Shown one piece after another: positions 47,634 through 61,630 of a stretch of 64,000 nucleotides of DNA. Both the position numbers and the translations under genes were made by a program. How positions within the stretch are numbered: position 1 is the stretch's first letter; every line of letters starts with the position of its first letter. Under the pieces are notes generated by a model, which was not told where the DNA came from, did no database searches, and was given only the letters and a program-made list of their open reading frames with translations. The stretch is from the human T2T-CHM13v2.0 reference genome, Homo sapiens, in the NCBI RefSeq assembly GCF_009914755.1, contig NC_060934.1. The stretch is one strand, 5' to 3'.

Positions 47634-47836
47634 AGCATCAGCCAGAGGACGTGACTCTCCCTTCCCCATCATGGTGCACCTTTGGGACACTTTAATCTGA
47701 CAGGAGAACATGCATTGTGGCCCTGTCCCCTGTGTTCTGAGCACATGCTTGTCCCTTTGCTATGACTTCCGTGGCCCCAAGTCCCTTCCACCTCCCTGGA
47801 GCCTCTCAGAGCAAGGGTCTCCCTAATAAGGGGTGC

Positions 47837-48019
47837 TGAGATGGTTTGGCACTGTGTCCCCACCCGAATCTCATGTTGAAGTGTAATTCCCAGTGTCAGG
47901 GGAGGGACTTGGTGGGAGGTGATTGAATCACTGGCAGATTTCCCCCTTGCTGTTCTCGTGCTAGTGAATGAGTTCTTAGGAGATCTGGTTGTTTAACAGT
48001 GTGTGGCACTTCCCCCTTC

Positions 48020-48063
<44 letters not shown>

Positions 48064-48250
48064 CTGTTCCACCATGGTAAGACATACTTGCTTCCCCTTC
48101 ACCTTCCACCATGATTGTAAGTTTCCTGAGGCTTCCCCAGCCATGCTTCCTGTACAGCCTGAAGAACTGTGAGCCAATTAAACCTATTTTCTTTATAAAT
48201 TACCCAGTCTCAGGTAGTTCTTAAGAGCAGTGTGAGAATGGACTAATACA
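47837..48250 (+). mobile_element. MSTA solo LTR with expanded (CT)n
   Basis: TGAGATGGTTTGG...GGACTAATACA; TSD GGTGC/TGTGC. Confidence 0.9.
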
Positions 48251-50507
48251 TGTGCTCTTCTGTACACCCATTTCTTTGGGAAGCAGAATAACTCTCCCGC
48301 GCCTTATTGTGGTTGGTCTTGGAGTTCTCTGGTTCCCATTTAAAACCAAAGCTCATCTCAGCTGTGCCATGTTATCCACATTCTAAGAGCCTGTCATCGT
48401 GGGCTTCTCTGTGGGAGTCTCCTGACCACCACTTCCTTGGAAATGCATGTACTGTGCCTGTCAGGGCCCACGGCCCAGTCTGCATCCCAGCCAAGTGTGC
48501 TGAGATAAGCTCCTGAGGACCAGGGGTGGGTTGTCCCCTCAAAGGGGCCTGGGTCTCCTGGAAGCCCACAGGAGTCTCCATTCCCCTGCAGGACCAGCTC
48601 ACTTGCCTGGGTCATCGTCATTCTGCCTCAAACCTGAGCAGCAAAAGTGCCAGCATCTTGTCAAGGGGAAAGCGTTGTGCTAATATCTGGGACTGCTGTC
48701 AACAATCTGGGTTGAAATCGGAGAAGAAAGTTCAAGGGACTTTGCTTCTCCTGCAAATGACACAGAAGGGGAAAGCTCATGGACATGGGAAGGGCATTTG
48801 CAGGAGCAGAAAATTAAAAATAATAACAGCTTTCACTCCTGGAAAATGAGAAATTCACAAAACCCTCTGAGGCTGCTGAATGCTCAAGTGCTGTTACGAT
48901 AAACTGGTTGATGATCAGGCAAAGTGCTTATTTTTAAAATGCCAAGTCTTGGTCACAACACCATGGAAAATACCAGCAAATGCATCCATTCATGTACTCA
49001 TCAGAGACCGTGCATGGGGTGCTGGGGACGGAAATGCGTGCCTCATCCAGCCTGTTGAAGGTCCTGTTTGCTCCGAGTGAAGCCAAGTCGAGTTTTACTC
49101 CTTGGCAGGAGCCATAGTTTCTGTTTTCCTTAAGGACGGATATTTTGAGAAGCCACATATAACTTCACTGATCTTCTTAGAAACAAGCCCACACTGCCCA
49201 AGCAAAGTCTCAAAACAATGCACAAATTATAAGCTGATCAAAGCGAGTGAACCATGGCTGCAGAGAGACAGGAGTTACTGAGGGTTGCAACGTAGGCACC
49301 TAGCAGTGAACAGAACTGGTCATTTTCAGTAAGTTAAACAAACAAATGTGTTTTTTTCTATCAGTTAAGATGGTAAAATACTTTTACCTTATGTAATTGC
49401 TTTGTGGTGGTTCTTCACTATTCTACCAGCCCACCCCTAAAACAGCCTGCTTCCAGGCGGTGATGGGGAGACCAAGTACAGTCCAGGAAAGCAACAGTTA
49501 CCTAAACAAGATACATTTCAAGGCAAAAGGAATTAAGTTAAACAAAGACTAAAGCAGTGGATGAAGGATCAGCCGTCTCTAAATCTGGGGTCTGCCGTGT
49601 TTTTTGCTTTTACTAAAGCAAATGCAGGTTCTATATTTCCACTCTTGTAACGGTAGACTTTATCATACCAACAACAGAAATTAGTGACTGGATACTTTTG
49701 AATTAGATGATTTCACTTCAAGGAATACCTTTTAAGCTTCATATACAGAGACAAGCCTACGTAGAAAAGCAGACAGTGAAATTACTTAAATCTGTGAGCA
49801 TTACGGGACTTGAATTTTGCCTGTGTGTAAGGAAGAACGTGTTAGTTAACGCGTCCAGTGGGCGCTGTGAGGACCCACAGTAAAAGCCTAGTAATAGAAC
49901 ACCACGTATCATGTGGCTTCTAAGACGTACGCTTTTAAGACCAGTAAAAAAAAATCATTTTAGAAGTTTTATCTCTTTAAATTAAAAAATTGATCTTGTC
50001 ATTCTCTGTAGCAAGCAGAAGCAGCATCAGGACAGTTGAAGGGAGGCTGTGAAATGAGGCTGAAAGGCAAAGAAGATTGCAAAGGAGATGCTGCTGGAGT
50101 GTGGAAAAGGGGAAAAGGAGAAATTTCATCCAGAAGTCCCAATGTGCACATTCCAGAGACACGCCGCCCCTGCAAAGCTCTGTGAACAGAGGCAGGATCT
50201 GGGCTCTGTCCACAGACAGGTCCAGGACACACGTGCATTTGCAAAGGAGAAGCGGGTCAGCTCTGGTTGGCCCCTCACTGACAGTGGACCCCTTCTGGAC
50301 GAGCTCCTTAAAACTAGAAGGGCAAAGAGCAGCTGGGCATCAGCCTTGTGGGAGAGGCGGCACCTCTAGCTGCCCGAGAGGCTGCGGGGCCAGGAGGCTC
50401 AGAGGGCACCAGAGAAGTATGGCCCACATGCTGGTACACATGGAGCAACAGGAAATGCAGGCCTCCCCCCAGGGCCCCTTCCAAAGAGGCTCTGTGTGTG
50501 GTGTTGA

Positions 50508-50876
<369 letters not shown>

Positions 50877-51879
50877 TGAGAACACGGCTGAGCTCCTGCT
50901 CAAGCCCCTGAGTCCCACAGGCAGCCCCGGCACAGCCGGTGGGCCAAGTGTGTTTAGGGCCCAACCTTCATTGCACTGCGTTAGCTTTGGCTTGTGGATG
51001 AACAGCATCACCTTGACTGCACATCGGTAATCACAGGTGGATGAGAGAGACAGGGCGGGGTGCAGGACCCAGCAGCCAGCTGGGGATTCCGTCCCCTCTG
51101 CAGCTGGGAACCTCTCCCCGGAATACCTGGGGCCCACAAAGGCAGCTGAGCCACGATAAGAGTTTGTTGGTTCACTTCCATTAATCACAAACATCTCAGA
51201 ACGAGCTAGAGACTCGTAAGGAAAGCTGCTTCCTGGCGGTTTTATTTTAGTGTCTATCTTTTGAAAAATTCCCAAATGGGAACAAAAGTAAGAAACTTAA
51301 AAACTTACAGACATCACATTCAAAATGCACAGTGAATCACACACTTGAAACTAATGAGCCCGCAGTAGATGTGGTCCTGAGCTGACAGCAATGACACAGA
51401 GTGTGCCACAAAGCATAAAAGCTGTCCTTCGGAGATGAGAGCTGACAGTTCACATAAAGTACGATACTTTTTTTAAAAGAGCCAGCATCAGTCAAATCAG
51501 TCATAAGCAAGAGCCCGACAAGTCCTCCGGATAAAGTCTTTTCCTTTCTGTGGAAAAGAAATCAAAGGCAGCGGGATATATTAGGAACCCCTGTTACCCT
51601 AAATAGATGCGAGAGTCAAAGCCTGTGAGCTCCAGCCTGGAACTCACTCACTTCTGAGCTCCGGACTCAGATATGCCACTGCCTTGGGGGATCTTCCCTG
51701 AATGCCTGCAGGAATCTCACATTCAACACGTGCAGAATGGAGCTATCTTTCTCCCAGATCGGATGGGGCCCAGGCGCTCCCCCTCTAGAAATCTCCCCAC
51801 TATTGCTGAGCAGATGAGCGCCAAGCCACGGAGTGTCCCATCCTCCCTGGAGGTCAGTCTTATAGATTCTGCACTCACT

Positions 51880-52450
51880 GCATCTCCCACCTCTGCCCCT
51901 CCTCGGTGTCTTCCCTGCCAAGGACGGCACCGCCCTTCCATGTTCCTTCAGCCAGCCCTGCCAACTGTTCTCATGCCCGGTCACAGGTCCCCTCTTCAGC
52001 ATCCATCGGACAGTGCCCTGCCCTGCTTGCACCCCTGGGAGGGGAAGCACACAAGTCCCAGGGCATCTGGCCCTGCCCCTCATTCCATCCTCCCACCACA
52101 CTCACCCTCCACCTTCTCCACAGGCACAAACCTCCCACTGGCTGCCCCTGGCTCTGTGCGGGAATGCATGCTCATCCCCTGCCTAGGAGTCCTGTCCCCC
52201 TTTTGTCACCAGCAGCTTCAGGTAACTCAGCTCAGGTGTCACGTTCCTGGGAGCATGACTCATAGCCTGTTCCATCCCCACTGCAATGGGTTGGCAATCG
52301 CAGCTTTGACAGTGCCAGAGCCACAGGGAGGTGTGGCCAGGATGCCATGAGCCCTGGTCAGCAGGCACACAGTCAGGTTCAAACTCGAACTCAAAGGGCT
52401 GGACACAGCAGTGCCTCACACATGCAGCCTGCAATAAATGCTGGTGGAAG
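51880..52450 (+). mobile_element. L2 3' region
   Basis: Ends ...CAGTGCCTCACACATGCAGCCTGCAATAAATGCTG. Confidence 0.5.
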
Positions 52451-53654
52451 TTCGGACGGACAAGGACATGTTAGCTGAACTCTCTTCCCCCAGCACCCCC
52501 TGATTCCGTAATAGTGACAAAAGATCCAGGCAAGGAAGTTTAGACATGATAACAACCATGTCCTTGCAGTGTCCCCAAGAGTATTACACTCAGTGTCAAA
52601 TGCTGCTACATTAAACAAAGACCACAGGTAATTCTTGCAAAATGTGTTAGTGTAATCATGGACATTCAAAAGAGTTATCCTTCTAATTGAAATATATCAG
52701 AAATGGGAAGATTTTGCAAATACTTTAAATTGATCACGAAGATAAAAATCTAATACAACACTGCATACAAATTCACTTTCATAAGCAACAAAGAAATTCT
52801 GATTTATTATACAGACCCAAATCCATCTCTCTGCTTTTTATGAAAACAAGTGATGACCCTCTCCTCTGGATACTTGTCCTGCAAAGAGGCAGCATTGTAC
52901 TGTCCATCTTCACCCTTTGCTTTCCAGAAACTCCTCCATGGATTCCTGAAGGTCTTGGTCATGCCTCTGCTGTGGCAAGCTGGCATTCTGATTGGCACTG
53001 GGAACTCTCGCTCTGCTTGAAATGATGGTACAGTCATGCAGGCATCTGTACTGAAGAGGAGTCAGTGCCAGGCCCATGCCAGGACAGGGTGTTCAAAGGT
53101 GGGCAGGGAAGATAGAGTGCCCACCTAGAGGGATATGTACAACGGGGTGACAAGCAGAGCTCTGCCACATGACACAGTGTGTCAAGGTTGGTGCGGACAC
53201 CCTGAGGGCAAGTTGCCCTAGGGACACAGCATTTCCAAATGTGATGGGGTAGAGATGGGAACATGCGTGGCCTGGAAGCCCCGGGGGGTTCACATCTGTC
53301 ACCCACATAGTGAGGCAATCACACATCCCTTTTCCCTGAGCGTGAACTTTCCAGCCCCGCTCCTGGGTGCCCAGAGGCTTAAGGTGGCCAGTCAGCTATT
53401 TGTGGTCTGAGGTTCACCACTGGGAGCTAGAACCCTCCATCACGTGAAGCTAAGGGCAATGAATGATGCAAAACAGATCCCAGGGAGCCACAGGGGCCTT
53501 CTCAGAGGAAAGGGTGCCTCAGGCGGCTGCCCTGCCCAGCTTCTGCACTGTGCCACCTGGACTCTGCTCCCCACACGGAGCTCTGCGAGGACCTGAGTGG
53601 GCTGGAAAACGTACTTTGTGTACAGCCCACCCACTGCCTGTGCTGAGCCAAGAG

Positions 53655-53745
53655 GGTGCTGACCTGCCCTGCAAGGGCCAGGACCTATCTCCCCTCCTCA
53701 CTGCTGCATGCAAACAGTAGGTGCTTAATAGATGCTTGCTGCTGG
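53655..53745 (+). mobile_element. L2 3' end fragment
   Basis: CCTGCAAGGGCCAGGACC...ACAGTAGGTGCTTAATAGATGCTTGCTG. Confidence 0.55.
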
Positions 53746-54194
53746 GATGAAAGGAAGGCGCTCCCTCTCCATGTGGTGGTAGAAAGGTACCCGGGCCTGG
53801 CAGACCTCACTTTGAGCTACAGTCAGAATTCACGTGTCTGGAACAGTCCGGATGGGGAAACCTCCTCTATAGGAATCACAGCCAGTTCATGCCCACTGTA
53901 ACAGGCTCAGCAGCAGACGTCACAACCCCAGCGCTGTCGAGAGGTAAGGCAGAAAGCACCAGCAACACCCGAGTGACAACAGAATGGGAGGATTCCCAAC
54001 CCAGCTCAGGTCACACTTTAACCCGGCTCTCCTGCTCTGTCTCTGTGGAAGGTCATAAGGTAGCCAGTCCCCGAGATGTCCTGGCTCCAGCTGCACGGAA
54101 CTGAGAAGTCTGCACCACCACGGACCAGATAAGTATTCAGCAAGCATCGAGTGTGCAGCACGGGCCTGTGTGGCTGCTAGTGCTTTGAAATGAT

Positions 54195-54496
54195 GTGGGT
54201 GCAGTGGCTCACTCCTGTAATCCCAGCACTTTGAGAGGCCGAGGCGGGAGGATTACCTGAGGTCAGCAGTTCAAGACCAGCCTGGCTAACATGGTGAAAC
54301 CCCGTCTCTACTAAAAATACACAAGTTAGCTGGGCATGGTGGCACGTGCCTGTAATCCCAGCTACTCTAGAGGATGAGGCAGGAGAATCGCTTGAAATCC
54401 AGGAGGCGGAGGTTGCAGTGAGCTGAGATCACACCACTGCACTTCAGCCTGGGTGACAGAGTAAGACTCCGTCTCAAAAACAAACGAACAAAAAAA
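54195..54496 (+). mobile_element. Alu (AluSx-like)
   Basis: Near-full dimer; TSD GAAATGATG preceded by TTT. Confidence 0.96.
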
Positions 54497-56229
54497 GAAA
54501 TGATGAGGGAGAGGTCAGTTTGATACTGAAAAAGGGAGACACAGCATGTTCTGGAGGGCGGAGGGAGTAAGAATGACTCATGCCCGTCCTCAGGGAGAGA
54601 GATGCTTCTCAATAGGAAGTGAGAGGTGGAGATAGGAGCGGAGGAGGTCTTGGAGATGACCACATCTGTGTCCAGAGGCCGCCTGTGCTCCCGCAGGACT
54701 GTGTACCTGCACTTGGGGTGGTGGGAGTTGGCTCTGAGCTATCAATGAACTTGACCATGGCCCTGTTAAAGGAGAAGAAAGGAAGTAGGCAGCTATAGAC
54801 CCAAGCTAGACCTGTTCTTCCCAGAACCCCTTTACAGAGTGAGAAGTGGCAAGAGTGGCATTTTCAGGTCCCCAATGGGAAGCTGTGGCCTCAAGTGTCG
54901 CTGTGGGGTGCCCAGCCAAGAACTGGCCACAAAGCCCCATCTGCCCCAGGACCTGCTGCACAGAAGGGGGACACAGGAAGCTTGAGTGCAGTGTGAGGAT
55001 GGAGGGAACGGGGGTGGCCTGGAACACGCCCGCATTCATGGCCGTTCCGCCCTGCGCCACCAGCACGCAGCAATTACTATTGTGAAACCAAATAAAGGGA
55101 CACCATTCCCAGGTGCCTCTCCATAACTTTCAGTTCAGAGATGGCCAAAAATGCAAACACCCACAACTTTCTCTCATATCTCCTGCACAAACAACTTACA
55201 TTTTAAAGTCATCATTAATTAAATTTATCTTCTGTTGCTATAATAGATAAAGCAATTTATATGCAATTCCATTTCTATTCAATTGCATTTCACTTTCAGA
55301 AGTGTGTGTGTCATAAAATAGGGCTCATCTAAACATGCATGGCAAATATACATATTTTTGGTGCTCAAACAAAGGAAAATAGAAATTGTCAGCTGGAGGG
55401 TTACTCATGTAAGCACAGTAACCAGAGAAGTGGTATTGTGCTTATTTATGCATCAAACTTCCCCAAAAGCCTAATAAATCTTTTGCATCTTATAATTCAT
55501 AAGCCAGAGAAAAGGAAAATGTGGAACTGAGACATGTGGCCAAAACTCACATTTGTGGAACTTTTTATCAAACATAAACAGAGCCTCATGAAGCAACTCT
55601 TGATCAATGCATCTCCCAGAAATGCCCACTGACATGCAGCTGCCTGACAGGACCTCATATTTTTGTTTGCTTGTTTGTTTGTAAATTTGTGTGTTTTGCT
55701 GAAGCCAACAAAACCACATGCTGGCAAACTTGAAAAAAGAAGAATGTGTTGGAAAGTACAGCAGCAAATGCAGGATGTTTCACTTAGCAATATCCAAAGC
55801 CCCTCTGGTGCGCCTTCCTGTACCACCAAGGGGAGGAAAGAAAGACTTTACTTTCCATCATGCACCCTGAATTCAGCCAAACAAACCCCAGACTCATAAA
55901 GAAGAGGTGGACAATGTCAGGTGCAGCAATGACCTTGAGCAGGAGAGTCCAAGTCAGACCTTCCAGCTGGGGCTTCAGCTCTTCAGGGACAAATGCATAG
56001 AAGCTTCCTTTTCTTAGTATCAGAGTCACAGGTGTCATTTTCAAGAGACAATGAGGGTTTCCACCAGATTAGATCCCTGGGTGTTCAGATGTCTCTCCTG
56101 GCTTTCTTGATCCCAAATGTGAATTATTCTTGAATGTTTATAAATGCTGTGTGCCAAGTATAACTGCTAACAGGTTGGTTGCAGGTAATACATCCACGTA
56201 AAAATGGAAGCTGGGATTTCATGGCCTGG

Positions 56230-57300
56230 TGCCTTAGCGTGAAAGGATAGGACGCAGGTGGGGACGGCGCAAAATGATGAAGCAGTTGCTGGAGTTATCT
56301 CCTAAACTTAGGATAAAGTGCCTTCTGAAGCCAAGGCACTGGAGACCAGGTGGCTATATTTATAGAGCATCAGGGTGGACACAAGGAATTCAAGGACTGT
56401 TGGGCAGGTGGGTGGCTTCTAATTATGGTGAAAAACTTAAAACTGAAACAAAGTCAAAGCTGAAAATTCTTAGCTTAAGGCGTGATCTGGAATAAGAAGA
56501 CGCTATGATACTGTCAAATCTCTCAGAGCTGGAACCAGATGCAGAGTCTGATTCCCAGCATTGTCGCTTTACAACAGAAGTTGGGAGTTTTATCCGTGGT
56601 CTCTGCCAATCTCTAAAATGAAAAGCAGGCCATCGATTGGGAAAGACAAGGGGACTGAAAATTTGAATAGGGATATTTGGGGGGATTAGGATGAAACCAG
56701 GGACTCCAAACTACAATGCTTTGAGTCTCCCATGCCGGAAGTAGCAGCACCTTCTCCCTTTCCCAGTTTGCCTCCTCCCTTGGAAACTTCAGCTGGCCTC
56801 ACCAGAGACTGCTTCATTGCAGGAGGATGCCAATTCTCTTGCCCTATCACTGACAGACTCCATTTCCTTTGAACTTATTGTTAGAATCAGATTCTCTTTA
56901 TGACCCAGGAAGCTAATTATAACATGAAACCCAAGAAAAGAAAACACTCGCTAAAATAATTGCAAGATTTACTAATTTGTATCAGAAAGAAAACTTGAAG
57001 ATTACATACACAGGTATGGATTTGAGGATACTGGATGTAGGGCCCAAGGCCATTCATTCAGATAAAGTTTAATTTATAAAATCTGTGAACTTGGCAGAGA
57101 TTCTGGATCTGATATGCTCACTTTATCAGCTTAGAATGGCTTTGATTGATTTCTCAGTTGGTCAGCTCTAAGCTAGACTCCGTGACAACATACACCAAAT
57201 AAAGTTGAGATGCCAGAAATCCTGTGGAATGATCAGGAGAAGGAGCTCAAGGATTTGGTGAGCCAGGCCCATCAGGATATATCTGGGTTCATCAGACTCA
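56230..57300 (+). mobile_element. Old ERVL internal (gag-region) remnant
   Basis: GATTGGGAAAGACAAGGGGACTGAAAATTTGAATAGGGATATTTGG resembles the ERVL gag 'IGKEWDPETWNGDIW' segment; heavily decayed. Confidence 0.55.
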
Positions 57301-58539
57301 ACTCTTGCCGGACTTGGTGGAGAGGACTGATCAGCTTACGGCACCTCCAGAAAGCTGCTGTGACAGCTTAGAAGCCACAGAGCCCGCAGCTCTGGAGAAA
57401 CATCTGGAAGAAGCAGTTGGTGTTCTAGCAGGAATCTCTCTGCTGTTACTGCCACCACCCCAGACTCCTGATCTGAGAACTAGATTCTAGACCCCCTCCT
57501 ATAACTACTGCAGAAAGGCCAGCCTGTGGCCGGGAGATCCGGTTCCTAGGAGTCTGGCTGGCTGCTTGCTTCTGCCTTCAAGCACCGTGAGGGTATGTCT
57601 GGCTAGTAGAGTCTTGGCCTCATGTAGTGACTTCTAGGGTCTAGAAGACAGGAAGGTTCTCTCCACAGGAGATTAATTACATGCTAACAGAGCCAATGTG
57701 CATATTTTCCAAAGGATATGTTTTGAATCATCTGCTCTAAGCCCGTGAGCCCATCTTAGTAGAATAAGATCTGGGATGCATGCCTTCACTCATCTATCCA
57801 ACAAATATTTGGGGGCGCATGTCCTGGAAACTTGAACACAAAGACAAAAGAGCCCTAGGCTCTGTGGGAAGCACACCCAGGCATGGAGACCTGAGGGGCC
57901 ATGGGTGGCACGTGTGAGCCAAGCCCTGGAAAGGTGGAGTGGGGACCCTCTGCTGTCGGTGGGGGGAGGCATCTTTCCCAGGTCATTCCAGGGCATTCCA
58001 GGGAGTGAGAGCAGCAGATGAAAAAGCAAAGACACATATCCATGATAGTGGACTTGGTGAACTGGATGGTTTTTGCTGGTGTGGAGACATCAAAGCTCAA
58101 CTTGCTGAGAAGGAGAATTTATCTAAAGGTGTCCCTCAAAGCTGCAAGATGAATTCTGCATCAGCTGCAGCTTTCCTCAGCTATTTCTTTAATCAAGAGG
58201 AAAATAAAATATCTTGCTTCAATTAATGAGATAAATAACTGGTACCACGTAGACATCAGGAACTGAGGCATGCTCTAGAGTGAAATCGATTCCTCTCCTG
58301 GAAGAAAGCACTTCTGCTTCCTGCACCCTCTTGACCTCTTCACTCAGAGCCAGGATGAATCCAGGCCAGGGACGAGCTCTCGAGCTGGATGGTGATGCAG
58401 CCTCCCCTGCCCCAGTGCACCTCGTGACCAGGATTAAAAAATAACACACAGAAACGCCTGTCATCTCCCAAGTCTAGTAACATCTTCAGAGCATAAAGAA
58501 ACAATCTAGATTAGCATTCCTGTTTTACAATGGAGGGCA

Positions 58540-58620
58540 TTTTATTAGAAAAAAGGGTGAGGAATATATCCCAGTCACACAACTAGTTAGCTGCATAGCC
58601 AGGATCAGATGCCAACTTCC
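58540..58620 (-). mobile_element. MIR fragment
   Basis: CCCAGTCACACAACTAGTTAGCTGCATAGCCAGGAT. Confidence 0.5.
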
Positions 58621-59674
58621 CTGCCTCCGTGTCTCGTGCATTTTCAATACCTGCAGCACTGCGTCATGATCCAGGAAGCTGGTGGCCACCAAGCATATTT
58701 CCGTAGAATTATTTGGGACCCTAAATTCAAGCAAGAGAGAAGACTGTACAACATTCTCAAAAATAGCGATGTAACATGCTCAGACATTGGACTCTTAAAT
58801 TTGTCCTTAATTACTATTTTGTGCCTTAAAATAAAGTAGGTACATCAAATTCTCTCTCACAAATCATATCAAATCAAGATCTCAGTAGCTGCCTTTTGGA
58901 TTGTAAAGACAAGACCAAAGGATTCAGCTCCGGGGTGTTGTGCTCTAACCACAGGATGTGGGCCAAGTCCACAGGAAGCCCGGAGGGTGGAGGAATGAGC
59001 TCCCATCGCAGCTTCCCCACACTGTGCGCTGGTGGGGATTTGGGAAAGGCCATGTATTATTTCCCCTTCTTGAACTTTCATCAGCTTAATAAACCCATAA
59101 GGTGCTGTAAGCTCATGGGCTCTGAGAAGTCCAGAAACAGAGACACGTGAAAATGTGCACTGTCACCTGTCTTAACCTTTGAGACGATGGAGCCGTTCTT
59201 TAGGGTCAGCAGTGCCTATTCAGTAGTGATGATGACACACTACGAAGTGTTCAAAACTGAGAGATTGGCCAGATGGTTAAACGCATGCCCTGAGACCTGG
59301 ATCAAAAGAAATCCTTTGTAGCGAGATGGGCAGGGAGTGAGTGTGTGGACTCGGACTCTTGGGCCTCCCTATGGGTATTCTGAGACAGTAGGACTGTGTT
59401 TCTAACAATCACCCACACCGCCTGACACAGGGACCTGCTCTGCCCACTCCGAGAATCACAGCTCTGGGGATAGTCTCAGAAGGAAAAGGAACCTCTGAAG
59501 AGTGAACGCTGAAGTTACAGGGACACCAAGGGACCAGCGTGGGGACCACTCAGGCAATGCCGAAGTCAGAGACTGGACACGTCTGCAGGGAAACAAATGC
59601 CCCCCCACTTTAAACTCCAGGCTTGAATGACAAAATCTGGACACAAGAATTTGCTTTTCATCAGCTCTCTGCTG

Positions 59675-59930
59675 CCTATAAAAGTATACAATTATACAAC
59701 CTTTCCAGGGGGCAATGTAGCAATATCTTAAGAAAAAACCTTCAAATGTGTACCCAGCAATTCCAGTTCTTGTCATTTACTGAAGGAAATTATCAGAGAA
59801 GTACGCAAAGATGTATGTGATGGAATCTCACTGCATGCTCTTTAAGACAGCACAGAGCTCAAACAACCAAAAGGTCTGACAACAGAACAGGGTTGAATTT
59901 ATATAAACAAGTACTGCACAGCCATCGAAA
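59675..59930 (+). mobile_element. L1ME ORF2-end fragment
   Basis: ACCCAGCAATTCCAGTTCTTG...AAAGATGTATG...ACTGCACAGCCATC. Confidence 0.55.
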
Positions 59931-60444
59931 GCAAGCGTCTTAATCAGTAATTTGCCTACTAGTGCAGTCTTCCCAAGAGTGAGTTTTTGTTTCGACCTTT
60001 CTGTCGCTTAGTAGGCAGGATCAAGGTTTGTATAAGTCCCTCATTTGGGTCAATTCCGAACCGAGGAAAATAGGCCCTCCTGCAATTCCGGTAGCACCTG
60101 CATCATCAGTGATTATTGACAGAAAATTGTGTCAACGTATACTTTCAGGTAAGAATGCAAGTTACAACCAGCATGGAAGGCATTAATAAGAGAAAAAAAA
60201 ATCTGCATTAAAAAACCTTTAAGAGTTATTTTACAAAAAGCAGGGAACTTAGGAATACTGCAGATGGATTTAATTTTTTTCTTCATTAATTTCACCTCTT
60301 CAGATTGTTGCAGTAAGCGTATGTCCTTTAACAGCTTACGCAAAGAATAACTGACATTCGATAAATTAGCATGCATTTTAAATAGTAAAAATAGTAAAGC
60401 TATGACCTCATAATGGCTATAATGCTTTTATCTAAAAAAGATTT

Positions 60445-60655
60445 CATGTGTATCTGTTCACGTGTGTGAGTGCATTTACATATATGCAAGTGTATGTGTC
60501 TGTGTGTGTGCATGCATTCATGCGTGTGTGTGTGTGTGCATGCACAAGTGTGCTTGCAGGTGTATGTGTGTGCACATACAAGTGTGCATGCAGGTGTGTA
60601 TGTGCACATACAAGTGTGCTTGCGGGTGTGTGTGTGTGCAAGCATGCACACTCAC
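60445..60655. repeat. TG/CA-rich repeat with ~33-bp subunit
   Basis: ACAAGTGTGC recurs at 60544, 60578, 60610. Confidence 0.8.
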
Positions 60656-60689
60656 AGAAGCATAAGACCAGTGGAAGCAGCTCCGAGGT

Positions 60690-60900
60690 ACAGAAACCCA
60701 GGCTGGAAGCCCAGCAGCGCCCGACAGAGGCCACCGAGCACCGGGCACTGTGGGTCCTTTTCCCCCCGCATTGCTCAAACTGTTTCTTCATCTGTAAAAT
60801 GGGCAACTGTGCATTCCTCATACGGTTGATGTAAAGTCTTAATCAATTGAAGGGACTGACATCTCACACTTGCGTGGGGTGGGAAAAGCTAAAAGAAGCT
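60690..60900 (+). mobile_element. MIR
   Basis: CTGTTTCTTCATCTGTAAAATGGG core. Confidence 0.6.
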
Positions 60901-61479
60901 TTTAAAACTTCAAATGTAAGGATTATGTGCAATGACAAAGGGAGAAAAGCCTCTGACTCATTAAAACACAGTCCAGCATCACTCCCCAGGTGTGCGCTGC
61001 TTTCTTCCCCTCTAGCTCAGGGAGTAGCCGGCATGGGCCACGGGCACCCCTGCCCTGACTCAGCTGCCCACTGGCTCCCACAAAGTGCAGCCATCTCCCC
61101 AGCACCGAGGGCTCAACAGTGATCAACAACACAACTTAGTGTAAATGAGTGTCCCACAGTCAGCAGGATAGAAACAGCTAATAGAAGAAAATGGCTGATG
61201 GATGTCCCAGATGCAAAGTCAAGGCTGTTCTGTGCTCCCAGTGCGGGGACACTGAGGGATGCCCTGAGCCCTCGGCCCCAGTAGGATGGAGAGCACGTGG
61301 CTGGGATGCCGGGATAGCCTCCCCACACCCCTGCCTCCAGCCCAGCACTGCTCAGACCGTGATCCTCAGAGCCCTGCGAGAAAAGGGCAGGTGGAAAGCT
61401 TAGCAGGAGCCCTGAGGAGAGAGACAAGATGGCCTGGGGCTTCTCAGGCCAGAAAACAGCAAGTGTTGTTAAGAATCCG

Positions 61480-61630
61480 TCACCTAAAATACTCTGCAAA
61501 AGCACAGACCAGGTGTCAGAAGCTGTGCTGGGTGCTGGGCACGGCAGTGAATGTGACAGCCCAGACCCTGACTCCACAGAGCCCCTGTTTTGCAGAGTGG
61601 GGGACTGCATGTAAGGAAGCAGGTAGATGC
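61480..61630 (-). mobile_element. L2 3' fragment
   Basis: CTGTGCTGGGTGCTGGGCACGGCAGTGAATGTGACAG...CCCTGACTCCACAGAGC. Confidence 0.5.
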
